IMG/VR virus record: IMGVR_UViG_3300037042_007110
Span: 1 to 64,000 of that record
DNA length: 64,000 bases
Direction: 5' to 3' (one strand)
Origin: an uncultured virus (IMG/VR IMGVR_UViG_3300037042_007110)
Taxonomy: Duplodnaviria; Heunggongvirae; Uroviricota; Caudoviricetes
Every line of letters starts with the position of its first letter. Positions within the stretch are counted from its first letter, which is position 1. The position numbers were made by a program, and so were the translations under genes. The notes under the pieces are model-generated. The model did not search any database. It saw only the letters and a program-made list of their open reading frames with translations, and was not told the origin of the DNA. Below, piece after piece: positions 54,889 to 62,360 of the stretch.

Positions 54889-54996
54889 GTTCACCATGCT
54901 CACCATGTTCACCACGCTGTAGAACATGCAGGCCGGCTACAGACCATGCAGACCGCCTGTAGAACATGCAGACCGCCTGTAGAACATGCAGACCGG
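54889..54996 (+). repeat. Composite array: G(T/C)TCACCA(T/C) x3 then 20-bp CTGTAGAACATGCAGACCGC-like x4
   Basis: 9-mers at 54889-54915; 20-mers start at 54917, 54937, 54957, 54977. Confidence 0.9.
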
Positions 54997-54999
54997 GGC

Positions 55000-55660
55000 G
55001 CTTCCGTACAGACTCCGAACACTTGGCGCGGTTGTAGGTCCATCCGCGCGGAGCCACGACCTCACAGACTGTACACCGATTCCGCGGTGAGCCGGCCTGT
55101 CGGGGCCGGCCGCGACGGGACGCGCGCGGGCGCGCGAGTAGAGAACGCCGTCCTGTGGCCTCCCCGACCCCGTGCCGCGCCCACCGAGGCGCCAGGCCGG
55201 CTGGCCGTTCCAGCAGCACTCCGGCGGCGGCCAGCCGCCGGCCTGGCGCCAGACCCGCATCCGGCCGGAGTCACCCTAACGATTTGGAGGGGTTGCCCCT
55301 CCAGGCCGGGCTCCGCTGCCGGAGCTAAACCCTCCATATCATTGACGAAACCGCCCCCCCGGGGGGGCCGCCGGCCGTGGCCGGGGCGGTGGGTGCTAAC
55401 GTGCTCCTCCATCCGCACCCTGAACTCACCCCTTGCGCCCCGCACGCAGTCCGCGCCGATTCTGCGAAGACGGCGCGGCTCCGGCCCGACGGCGCTGCTC
55501 GGGTGGGGGTCGGCGCGCTGCCGCCAATGCGCCACCGCCCCGAGCAGCCGCCCTTCTGCGCGGACTTGAGCCACCGTCCTTGGCCGCACAACGGGCTCCG
55601 CACCGACTCTGGCTTTGACCCGGCACCCTTTCGACGGCTTTGCTTCGTGCTGCGCCGCGG
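55000..55660. other. Long apparently non-coding, inverted-repeat-rich region
   Basis: No ORF with convincing RBS or protein-like content; stems at 55188-55250, 55285-55303, 55451-55478, about 55494-55548. Confidence 0.55.
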
Positions 55661-55680
55661 GCCGGCTCAATGACCCGGCC

Positions 55681-56022
55681 GTGACCTTCATCGACAGAAC
55701 CGGAGCGCTGCTGACCACCGCCCCCACCGTGGAGGCTGCTGCCGTGGAGTCGGCCGAGGCGCGGCTCTACGGGCCAGTGGCCCACCAGCTCGTGATGATG
55801 GTGCCGCGAAGCGACCCGCTACAGCGTCGGGTCTTGCCGCCGGACCTGCTGCTCGACCTGAAGTTCGAGCGCGAGGTGGACACGGCTCCGTTCTTCGTCC
55901 CCAACCTGCGGGCCGCCCGCGACGCCGGCTACGTCGCGCTGTGCCTGGGACGGACCTACCGCCTGTTCGGCGTGAAGTCCCTGTTCGCCAGCGCGGTACA
56001 GCTCCGCCTGGTCGCCCAATGA
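55681..56022 (+). CDS. Hypothetical protein, motif-bearing (ESAEARLY)
   Basis: GTG 6 nt after GCTCAATGACC; N-terminus similar to 59048 and 59482 ORFs; LGRTYRL. Confidence 0.6.
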   Translation: MTFIDRTGALLTTAPTVEAAAVESAEARLYGPVAHQLVMMVPRSDPLQRRVLPPDLLLDLKFEREVDTAPFFVPNLRAARDAGYVALCLGRTYRLFGVKSLFASAVQLRLVAQ

Positions 56023-56030
56023 CCGCGTCG

Positions 56031-56405
56031 ATGAAGGGCTTGCGCGTGTTCGCGCTGCGGTTCCTGTCCCCGTCGCCAGACGAGCCGACGGAGGCTGACC
56101 TGAACCGGCACGGCCTCCTCGACGTGGGGGCGCACGGGTGGGACATGCTGCTCTCGCGGCTGCCGCCCGAGGCCGAGGCGGAGGTGCGGCTCTCGGTGGT
56201 GCGCCCCGTCGTGTACATCGAGGTGGGGCGCGAGCTCAACCCGCACCGGATGGCGGTCGAGGTCGCCGGCCTCGGTCTGTACGACGTGGGCTGGTCCTGG
56301 TACTCGAGCCTGGTCGTGGCGGCGGCGGGCGGCTTCGGCCAGCGGATTCCGCTCCTGCTGTGGGACGCGGCGCTGGCCGGTCACTACGCCCGGCGGGCGC
56401 AATGA
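56031..56405 (+). CDS. Hypothetical protein, motif-bearing (LPPEAEAEVRLS)
   Basis: Start 56031 or 56019; ends AQ-stop. Confidence 0.6.
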   Translation: MKGLRVFALRFLSPSPDEPTEADLNRHGLLDVGAHGWDMLLSRLPPEAEAEVRLSVVRPVVYIEVGRELNPHRMAVEVAGLGLYDVGWSWYSSLVVAAAGGFGQRIPLLLWDAALAGHYARRAQ

Positions 56406-56412
56406 CCGGGCC

Positions 56413-56889
56413 GTGGCGAAGCGGAAGCCCGACGTCTTTCTGAACGGTCTGCTCCTCCTCGGCGATGATGACGCGCCCGACGGCCACGGCGACTACTTCT
56501 GGGAGCCGGGGCAGCTGCTCCCCACGTTCGGCTTCAACCCGAAGGAGGGGCACGTCCTCATCCTGGCCCGAGCCAACGGCGACAGGGAGGCGTTCATCTA
56601 CCGCGGCGGCGAGTGGCTCGGCGGGGTGGCGTCGGTGGTCAAGGCGATCAAGCGGCTCCACGGGGTCAGGGGCGTGCGGGTCATCTCCGCCCGCGACGTG
56701 CAGGGCGACTACAGCATCCTGATGGTGACCGCCGCCCGGAAGCACCACGCCGCGTTGCAGAAGATGGCCGAGGTCTTCATCGGCGGAACCTTCGCCGCGG
56801 TGCGGTGCATGGCGCTGATCCGCGCACCCGGGCTGTTGGGCGACGCGGACGAAGCCGCATGGCGCCTCGGGCAGCAGGCGAAGCCGTGA
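56413..56889 (+). CDS. Hypothetical protein with C-terminal motif (LGDADEAAWRLG)
   Basis: GTG 6 nt after GCGCAATGACC; strong GC3 bias. Confidence 0.65.
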   Translation: MAKRKPDVFLNGLLLLGDDDAPDGHGDYFWEPGQLLPTFGFNPKEGHVLILARANGDREAFIYRGGEWLGGVASVVKAIKRLHGVRGVRVISARDVQGDYSILMVTAARKHHAALQKMAEVFIGGTFAAVRCMALIRAPGLLGDADEAAWRLGQQAKP

Positions 56890-57524
56890 GCCGGGGCACC
56901 GGGTACAACAGGCGGCGGCGGGTTCGGCTACGGGAAGGCGCGGGGCTGCCCTACCGCTGGTGGGCGACGCAGAAGTCGGTCAGGTACAGCGTCAGCATCG
57001 ACTACACGACAGGTGCCGGACCCTTCTGGCCGGGGCGCGGGCCGTCGGAGGGCGCCCGACGGGTTCCGGTCTCGACGTTCGACGAGCTCGACGGCGACGC
57101 TCTGCGGCGGGCGCTGCTCGACCGGCTGCCGGACACGGTCGTCGCGGAGTGGCGGCTGGGGTGCGGCCGGCTCACGGTCTGGCTGGAGGAGCGGGCGGCC
57201 CGGGCCGAGGGCTTTCTGCCGACGGGCGTGCGTCGGCTCGGCCGGGCGGTCAGTCGACAGAAGGTCGTCTGCCTCAACCCGTTGCTGTCGCGGGAAGGCT
57301 GGTTTGTGACGACCCCGGAGTGGACGCCGGACCACGTCCCGGAGTGGTCGGCGGCCGGGCGGCTCGTGGTCGTGGACGTGGCTGTCTACGGGGTCGGTGT
57401 GTTCCGCGTCGGCCGGGCGACCCGCCCGAGTACCGTGGCCCGTGTGGTCGGAGCAGCAGTCGCGCTGCGGCTGCCCGCCTATGGCGACCCGGGCGCCGAG
57501 CTGTGGCTCCGGTCCGCGCAATGA
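56886..57524 (+). CDS. Hypothetical protein, motif-bearing (LPDTVVAEWRLG)
   Basis: GTGA overlap; ends AQ-stop. Confidence 0.6.
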   Translation: MSRGTGYNRRRRVRLREGAGLPYRWWATQKSVRYSVSIDYTTGAGPFWPGRGPSEGARRVPVSTFDELDGDALRRALLDRLPDTVVAEWRLGCGRLTVWLEERAARAEGFLPTGVRRLGRAVSRQKVVCLNPLLSREGWFVTTPEWTPDHVPEWSAAGRLVVVDVAVYGVGVFRVGRATRPSTVARVVGAAVALRLPAYGDPGAELWLRSAQ

Positions 57525-57542
57525 TCAGGCCGGAGGCCGACC

Positions 57543-57668
57543 ATGTTCCACCACCCGACCGTGTTCCCGCGCTGGCTGGTGTGCCTCGCGTGGGTCATCG
57601 ACGGCGCCGTCGCGGCGGCCGCCGGCGCCGCCCGTTGGTTGCGGCGATTCCCGGGGTTCGAGTCATGA
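57543..57668 (+). CDS. Small hydrophobic peptide (41 aa), not in the ORF track
   Basis: GGAGG RBS at 57532-57536; MFHHPTVFPRWLVCLAWVIDGAVAAAAGAARWLRRFPGFES; ATGA overlap with next gene. Confidence 0.55.
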   Translation: MFHHPTVFPRWLVCLAWVIDGAVAAAAGAARWLRRFPGFES

Positions 57669-58027
57669 GCGAGTCCTACGTCAAGAGGATGCAGCGGGAA
57701 CGCGACGCGGCTGTCCGCCGGGCCGAGGCTGCCCAGGACGCGCTGGAGGCTGCTCTGGGCGGCGACCTGGCCTGGCAGAAGCGGCTGGCCGAGGAACGGC
57801 GCGATCGCTGCCGCGTGCTGTGGGCGGTGCTGGAGCACTACCGCGTCGCCGTCGCCGAGTTCATCGCTCCGACGGCGACGACCGACTGCGTCGCGGCGAT
57901 CAACCGGGCCGGGCGGGTAGCTGCCGTCGCCGTCGAAGGCGGGCCGCTCGGGCACCAGGGCGAAATCACGACCGAGGACAGGCCTCCGCTGGCCGATCTG
58001 GAGCGCATTCTCGGGGTGGTGCGATGA
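57665..58027 (+). CDS. Hypothetical coiled-coil protein
   Basis: ATGA overlaps on both sides. Confidence 0.55.
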   Translation: MSESYVKRMQRERDAAVRRAEAAQDALEAALGGDLAWQKRLAEERRDRCRVLWAVLEHYRVAVAEFIAPTATTDCVAAINRAGRVAAVAVEGGPLGHQGEITTEDRPPLADLERILGVVR

Positions 58028-58752
58028 TGCCCGCGTCGATCCGCGACCTCGTCGTCCGGGCCGTCGAGGCTGAAGGCTGGGACGGGCTATTCAACGAGGA
58101 CGGAGAGTGCGCCTGCGAGGCGCGCGACCTGTTTCCGTGCTGCGACCCGTCCGTCGACTGCATGCTCGGCATGAAGTGCCCGTGCCCGCCCGAGCTGTGT
58201 GGCGAGCACGACTGGCACATCGCGCCGGGCTGTCCGCGCGGCGCTGGGTCTGGTTTGCCCTCGGAGTTGAACATCGCAGCTGCGATGTCGCCGGTGAAGC
58301 CGCCCCGAGCCGACGAGCCGCTGCTGGAGGCGCTCGACAACCAATGCATGCTCGGGGACGACCCCGCCGATCCTGCGACGGCGATAGAGCGGCACGCACG
58401 CGAACTGATCGCGGAGCGCGACGCCGCCGTCGCCCGCGCCGAGAAGGCCGAGGCTGCTGTAGTGCAGTGGAAGGCGCGCTCCGCGTCGTGGGCCGCGTGC
58501 TTGAGGCTCTTCAAGAACGACGGTGACGTGGCCGACGTGGTCGCACTGATCGACGCCGCGCTCGATAGCTCCGACGTTGCCACCATGGCCGACACGCGCC
58601 GCGTTGACTGGCTAGAGACTCAGGACTGCTGGATCGGGCTGCGCGATACGGGCTCTGAGATCAGACCGCTGCGGTATGCCGGCGGGTGCTACAGACGCTC
58701 GGTGCGTGACGTAGTTGACGCCGCCCTGGTCGACGAGCCCGAGGAGGAGTGA
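58024..58752 (+). CDS. Hypothetical protein with Cys-rich N-terminus and coiled coil
   Basis: WDGLFNEDGECAC..DLFPCC; chained overlaps. Confidence 0.6.
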   Translation: MMPASIRDLVVRAVEAEGWDGLFNEDGECACEARDLFPCCDPSVDCMLGMKCPCPPELCGEHDWHIAPGCPRGAGSGLPSELNIAAAMSPVKPPRADEPLLEALDNQCMLGDDPADPATAIERHARELIAERDAAVARAEKAEAAVVQWKARSASWAACLRLFKNDGDVADVVALIDAALDSSDVATMADTRRVDWLETQDCWIGLRDTGSEIRPLRYAGGCYRRSVRDVVDAALVDEPEEE

Positions 58753-59048
58753 CCGTGGGCACGCCAGACAGGATGCGGCGTCCGCCTTACCCGGTCTGTC
58801 CGGTGTGCGGAGGCCAGGTCGTCGGTGCGATGATGACGAGCGGCTCCGTTGAGATTGACGGTGTTCGGTTCTACCGACCGGAGGCCGTCTCGGTCTACTG
58901 CTCGTCCGGCGGCTGTAACTACGACAGGCTGCTCGCCGAGCTACCATTCCCTCCGGTTGACCAGAACAGGACGTCGGACGCCGCCCAGCGCGAGGCCACG
59001 GCGGTCAGTTCGCCGGGTGACCGCGCCGGGCGAAGGGGACCGCGCTGA
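58749..59048 (+). CDS. Hypothetical zinc-ribbon protein
   Basis: CPVCGG...CSSGGC; GAGGAGG RBS. Confidence 0.55.
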   Translation: MTVGTPDRMRRPPYPVCPVCGGQVVGAMMTSGSVEIDGVRFYRPEAVSVYCSSGGCNYDRLLAELPFPPVDQNRTSDAAQREATAVSSPGDRAGRRGPR

Positions 59049-59482
59049 TGGGCGTTGCCGTGAACGATACCGTTGCGGGTCTAGACCCTGTGGTCTTCAT
59101 CGACACGCGGGGCTGCGCCGTCACGCTTGCCGCCACACGCCGAGCAGCGACGTTGGCCGAAGCCGAGGCGCGGCTCGGTGGGCTGCGGTACGAGGTCGAC
59201 ACGATGGCCGTCGGAGCCTACCGGCGCGTCGTGAAGGAGCGGGGACGGGGTGACGTCGTGGCGTCCATCCGTGGCGTCCGCCTTCCGCGCCCCTTCCGCG
59301 ACCGCGACGGCACATGTCGGTCGGTCTATGGTGACGTGTCGGAGCGTTGGCTCGCGTTGTCGCTCCGCGCCTTCATGCACTATCCCGTGCTCGCCGATTC
59401 CCGTTGGCTCTTCCTGCTTGGCGCCACGGAGGCGAATCGAACTTTGGAGCTCGAGCTCGTTTGGATGCTCGGAGCAAACTGA
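59048..59482 (+). CDS. Hypothetical protein, motif-bearing (LAEAEARLG)
   Basis: TGATG coupling; N-terminus VVFIDTRG similar to 55681 and 59482 ORFs. Confidence 0.6.
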   Translation: MGVAVNDTVAGLDPVVFIDTRGCAVTLAATRRAATLAEAEARLGGLRYEVDTMAVGAYRRVVKERGRGDVVASIRGVRLPRPFRDRDGTCRSVYGDVSERWLALSLRAFMHYPVLADSRWLFLLGATEANRTLELELVWMLGAN

Positions 59483-59820
59483 TGGGGTCGCCGGCGAAAC
59501 CGCTCATCGTGGTGGACGAGGGCGGTGCGTTGCTCGTCTGTGCCAGAACCCAAGCGGACGCCGTGGCTGCCGAGGCGGAGGTGCGGCTCGGAGCCGACCT
59601 GGTTCCGGTCCTCTTCATGCGGATCGCGGACGAAGCTCCCGGCCTCCTGGTCGTTCTGTTGCTCTGGCGTGGGGGCCGCACGAGCGAGGTTACGCTCTGG
59701 GCGACGGCCGCCCTCCAGGCGTACATCGGGCTCCCGGTACGGTTCAACGATGCCGCGTGGGTGCTGAACGATGTGGAGCGGAGCGAGTGGGGCGTGATCC
59801 GGCTGACGCTCCGTCCGTGA
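59482..59820 (+). CDS. Hypothetical protein, motif-bearing (AAEAEVRLG)
   Basis: TGATG coupling; N-terminus LIVVDEGGA. Confidence 0.6.
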   Translation: MGSPAKPLIVVDEGGALLVCARTQADAVAAEAEVRLGADLVPVLFMRIADEAPGLLVVLLLWRGGRTSEVTLWATAALQAYIGLPVRFNDAAWVLNDVERSEWGVIRLTLRP

Positions 59821-59895
59821 CAGGAGTCGCCGACGGTTTCTTTCTTCCTTGCGCGCGCCCACCGGGCGCGCAATGACCCGGGGCGCGGAGGCAAC

Positions 59896-60015
59896 ATGGC
59901 ACAGGAAGCGGAGATGACGAAGACCTCGCTGTCCAGGGCGGCCACTCCGGACGCGCCCGAGGCGCAGACGCGATGGAACCTCGCTGGACAGGCACCGGGC
60001 CGGGCCGGGCAATGA
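59896..60015 (+). CDS. Small peptide (39 aa), not in the ORF track
   Basis: GGAGG RBS 59887-59891 after GCGCAATGACC; ATGA overlap with next gene. Confidence 0.45.
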   Translation: MAQEAEMTKTSLSRAATPDAPEAQTRWNLAGQAPGRAGQ

Positions 60016-60245
60016 GCGGGGCGAACATCCACGTCCTTCGCGACAGCCCAGCCGACATCGACGGGTGGGCGGAGCTGCTGTTGGCGGCGGCGGAACGCGT
60101 CCGGGCGAGCGACAAGCCGATCCACGGCATAGCCGTGATTGTGGTCCGCGGGGAGCGCGTTGGAACGGAGTACGCTGGGGAGGAGCTGCGCCTGCTGGGA
60201 GGGGCGCAAGTGCTCGCTGCTCGGCTGGAACGGACGCTTGGGTGA
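60012..60245 (+). CDS. Hypothetical protein
   Basis: ATGA overlap; protein-like composition. Confidence 0.55.
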   Translation: MSGANIHVLRDSPADIDGWAELLLAAAERVRASDKPIHGIAVIVVRGERVGTEYAGEELRLLGGAQVLAARLERTLG

Positions 60246-60256
60246 AGGAGGGTTCG

Positions 60257-60514
60257 ATGGCACAGGGCGCAGAACTCACGCGGACGCCGTTGTCGGCTGC
60301 GGTCGCCCGGGACAGGGGCGACGAGAAGTGGCGGAAGCTGAAGCCCGGTGACGAGGTCATCGTGCGTTACGCGGTCGATGCGGTGGCGCGGGCGGTGCTC
60401 GGGCGGCGGTTCGTCCTCGACCGCTTCTCCAAACCACACGGCTACGCCGTTGTCCGTGACGACGCCGGGGCGCTCTATGTTCACCCGGGGGCGCTCGAGC
60501 GGGTCGGCACATGA
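60257..60514 (+). CDS. Hypothetical SH3/KOW-like protein
   Basis: AAGGAGG RBS; LKPGDEVIV...VHPGALERV. Confidence 0.55.
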   Translation: MAQGAELTRTPLSAAVARDRGDEKWRKLKPGDEVIVRYAVDAVARAVLGRRFVLDRFSKPHGYAVVRDDAGALYVHPGALERVGT

Positions 60515-60756
60515 GCCGGGCGACGGAGTACGCCGACGGCGACCGGGCGTTCGCCGAGTGGCTGGAAGATGTCGACGTGCTCGTGCGGGCGCGCGTTCCG
60601 CTGGAGCTGTTCGACTTGGAGGACATGGCGCTGCGCGAGAGCTTCGACGCGGGCGACACCCCGGCTGATTGCCTTCGTGACGTAGTCGTCGAGTCGGTGC
60701 GCGAGTGCTACGGCGACGAGTACGCGGAGCTGCTCGTTGCGGAGGCGGACGAATGA
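60511..60756 (+). CDS. Small acidic hypothetical protein
   Basis: ATGA overlap; FAEWL..VD...DLED..LRESFDAG.TP pattern. Confidence 0.6.
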   Translation: MSRATEYADGDRAFAEWLEDVDVLVRARVPLELFDLEDMALRESFDAGDTPADCLRDVVVESVRECYGDEYAELLVAEADE

Positions 60757-60995
60757 ACCTCTCGGTGATAGCCCGCGAAGAACGACTCGCCCGCGCGCTC
60801 AAGTTGACGACGACGGAGCAACTACGAATCGAATACTGCGCGGTCGGCGGCAAGCGCGGGTGGTGGCTCCGTGGTTGTGTCGAAGGCGACCAGCCCTTGC
60901 CCCAAACGGCTGCGGCGCACACGGTGCGTGAAGCACTGGACATGGTGGAGGCGTGGCTCGCGCCGGAGATCGACGGAGGGGACGATGCCGGGTAG
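60753..60995 (+). CDS. Hypothetical protein
   Basis: GGAGG RBS, ATGA overlap. Confidence 0.55.
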   Translation: MNLSVIAREERLARALKLTTTEQLRIEYCAVGGKRGWWLRGCVEGDQPLPQTAAAHTVREALDMVEAWLAPEIDGGDDAG

Positions 60996-61218
60996 GCGCG
61001 GGTCGAAGGGCAACCCGTTCAAGGTCGGGGAGCGGGTGCGTCTGCGCGGATCTGAAGTCGTCGCGGAGGTCGCGGAGGTTTGCAGCCCGGAGCAGAACAG
61101 TCCGGCAATGGGCGAGCGCAGCTATGCGCCGATCCGCTACTCCGTCAAGGTGGGCGCGATCGCCTTCTGGTTTGCGGCCCGGGATTTGGAGGCTGTGGAT
61201 GAAGATGACGCGAGCTAA
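60985..61218 (+). CDS. Hypothetical SH3/KOW-like protein
   Basis: GGAGG RBS; FKVGERVRL...YSVKV...WFAARDLEAV. Confidence 0.55.
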   Translation: MPGRRGSKGNPFKVGERVRLRGSEVVAEVAEVCSPEQNSPAMGERSYAPIRYSVKVGAIAFWFAARDLEAVDEDDAS

Positions 61219-61281
61219 GGCTACCGTTCCGCCGGGCGCGGACCTTCGGGCGATTGTGGAGAACGCGGAGGTCGACTTCTG

Positions 61282-61575
61282 ATGAAGGTCCACACCCTGA
61301 AGTGCTGGCCTCGGGAGTTCATGGCGATCAAGGACGGGCTGAAGACGTACGAGTGGCGGAAGGACGATCGCGGTTTCCACGTCGGGGACTTGCTCGAGCT
61401 GTGGGAGTTCATCCCGAAGTACAGCCGCATGTCCGGGATGGCCCTCCGGGCGGGCGTGACCTGGATCACGGCCGGCCCCGAGTTCGGGGTTCCGGAGGGA
61501 TTCGTGGTGATGGGGCTCCAGTTCCTCGAGACGTTCGACGGCACCGCGTGGGCGCGGTGGGAGAGGGTAGGGTAG
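61282..61575 (+). CDS. ASCH/PUA-like (DUF3850-type) protein
   Basis: HTLKCWP..F.AIKDGLKTYEWRKDDRGFHVGDLLELWE signature. Confidence 0.85.
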   Translation: MKVHTLKCWPREFMAIKDGLKTYEWRKDDRGFHVGDLLELWEFIPKYSRMSGMALRAGVTWITAGPEFGVPEGFVVMGLQFLETFDGTAWARWERVG

Positions 61576-61579
61576 CGGG

Positions 61580-61780
61580 ATGCACTTGGATGGCTTGGAC
61601 GAGACGTTCGGGGAGCTGGAGATCACGGAGATGTTCGCCCACAGGAAGATCGGCCTGTGGACCGTTCGCGCCTACAGCAAGAACGCCAATTTCGAGAGCC
61701 AGCACGCGTCGCTGAAGGAGGCGCTGGAGCGTCTGGTCATCAAGATCGTGGCCGGTCGCGCCACCGCCGGCTTGGCCTGA
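61580..61780 (+). CDS. Hypothetical protein
   Basis: Starts 4 nt after upstream stop; phage-like codon usage. Confidence 0.5.
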   Translation: MHLDGLDETFGELEITEMFAHRKIGLWTVRAYSKNANFESQHASLKEALERLVIKIVAGRATAGLA

Positions 61781-61887
61781 CGGTGCGAGCAGCCGTTGAC
61801 CGCGGCTGCCATTCCAGCCAATTTGGACAGCGCGACTGCAGGAGGCCTGGTCCCGTCAGGCGCTCAATGACCAGAACGGAGGACGCG

Positions 61888-62091
61888 ATGAACGGATCGG
61901 TGATGGCCGACGCGCGACAGCGGTACGAGATCTGCGACGCGGAAGCCTGGGAACGCCAGGCAGCGGGCGTCGAGGCCGAGGCTGACCGCCTGGAGAGCAA
62001 CGCGCGGGCGCTCCGCGAGCAGGCGAAGTCCATGCGGCTCCTGGCGCAGCAGGCGCGGGGACGGGCTGCTCACCCGACGGGGGTGGCCTGA
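61888..62091 (+). CDS. Small coiled-coil protein
   Basis: GGAGG RBS after GCTCAATGACC. Confidence 0.55.
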   Translation: MNGSVMADARQRYEICDAEAWERQAAGVEAEADRLESNARALREQAKSMRLLAQQARGRAAHPTGVA

Positions 62092-62360
62092 TGCCCACGC
62101 AGGAACGCTACATGGGGCGGATAGGGGTCGTTCGGTTCTGTCGGGAGGTGACGCGGGCGCTGCCGCGCCTCTCGGTGCGCCGAAACCGCGTCTGGTACTG
62201 GCTGCCGTCCTGCTGGGGCATCGAGGTCGCGCGCCCGCTCTCGACGTGGCTCCTGTCCGCCTGGGGACGGACGCTCGTGCTGCGGCCGTCTCGTACCACG
62301 ATGGACGCCGTCGACGAGCTGAAGAACTGCTGCGCCTACTGGCACGAGACGGGGCGCTGA
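62091..62360 (+). CDS. Hypothetical protein
   Basis: TGATG coupling on both sides. Confidence 0.5.
   Translation: MPTQERYMGRIGVVRFCREVTRALPRLSVRRNRVWYWLPSCWGIEVARPLSTWLLSAWGRTLVLRPSRTTMDAVDELKNCCAYWHETGR

Noticed and set aside
54889..54996. Repeat arrays as a mini CRISPR array
   Set aside because: Units are directly adjacent with no unique spacers and no cas genes in the window
55608..55646. Minus-strand GCAAA...GAAA...CAAAGCC resembling a c-di-GMP-I riboswitch
   Set aside because: The stem around GAAA pairs poorly and the downstream conserved elements are not evident; would need an Infernal search
36494..57526. C-terminal Ala-Gln as a protein degron or tag on eight proteins
   Set aside because: The same nucleotide motif occurs in purely intergenic positions and on the minus strand before an operon, so a DNA-level signal explains it better
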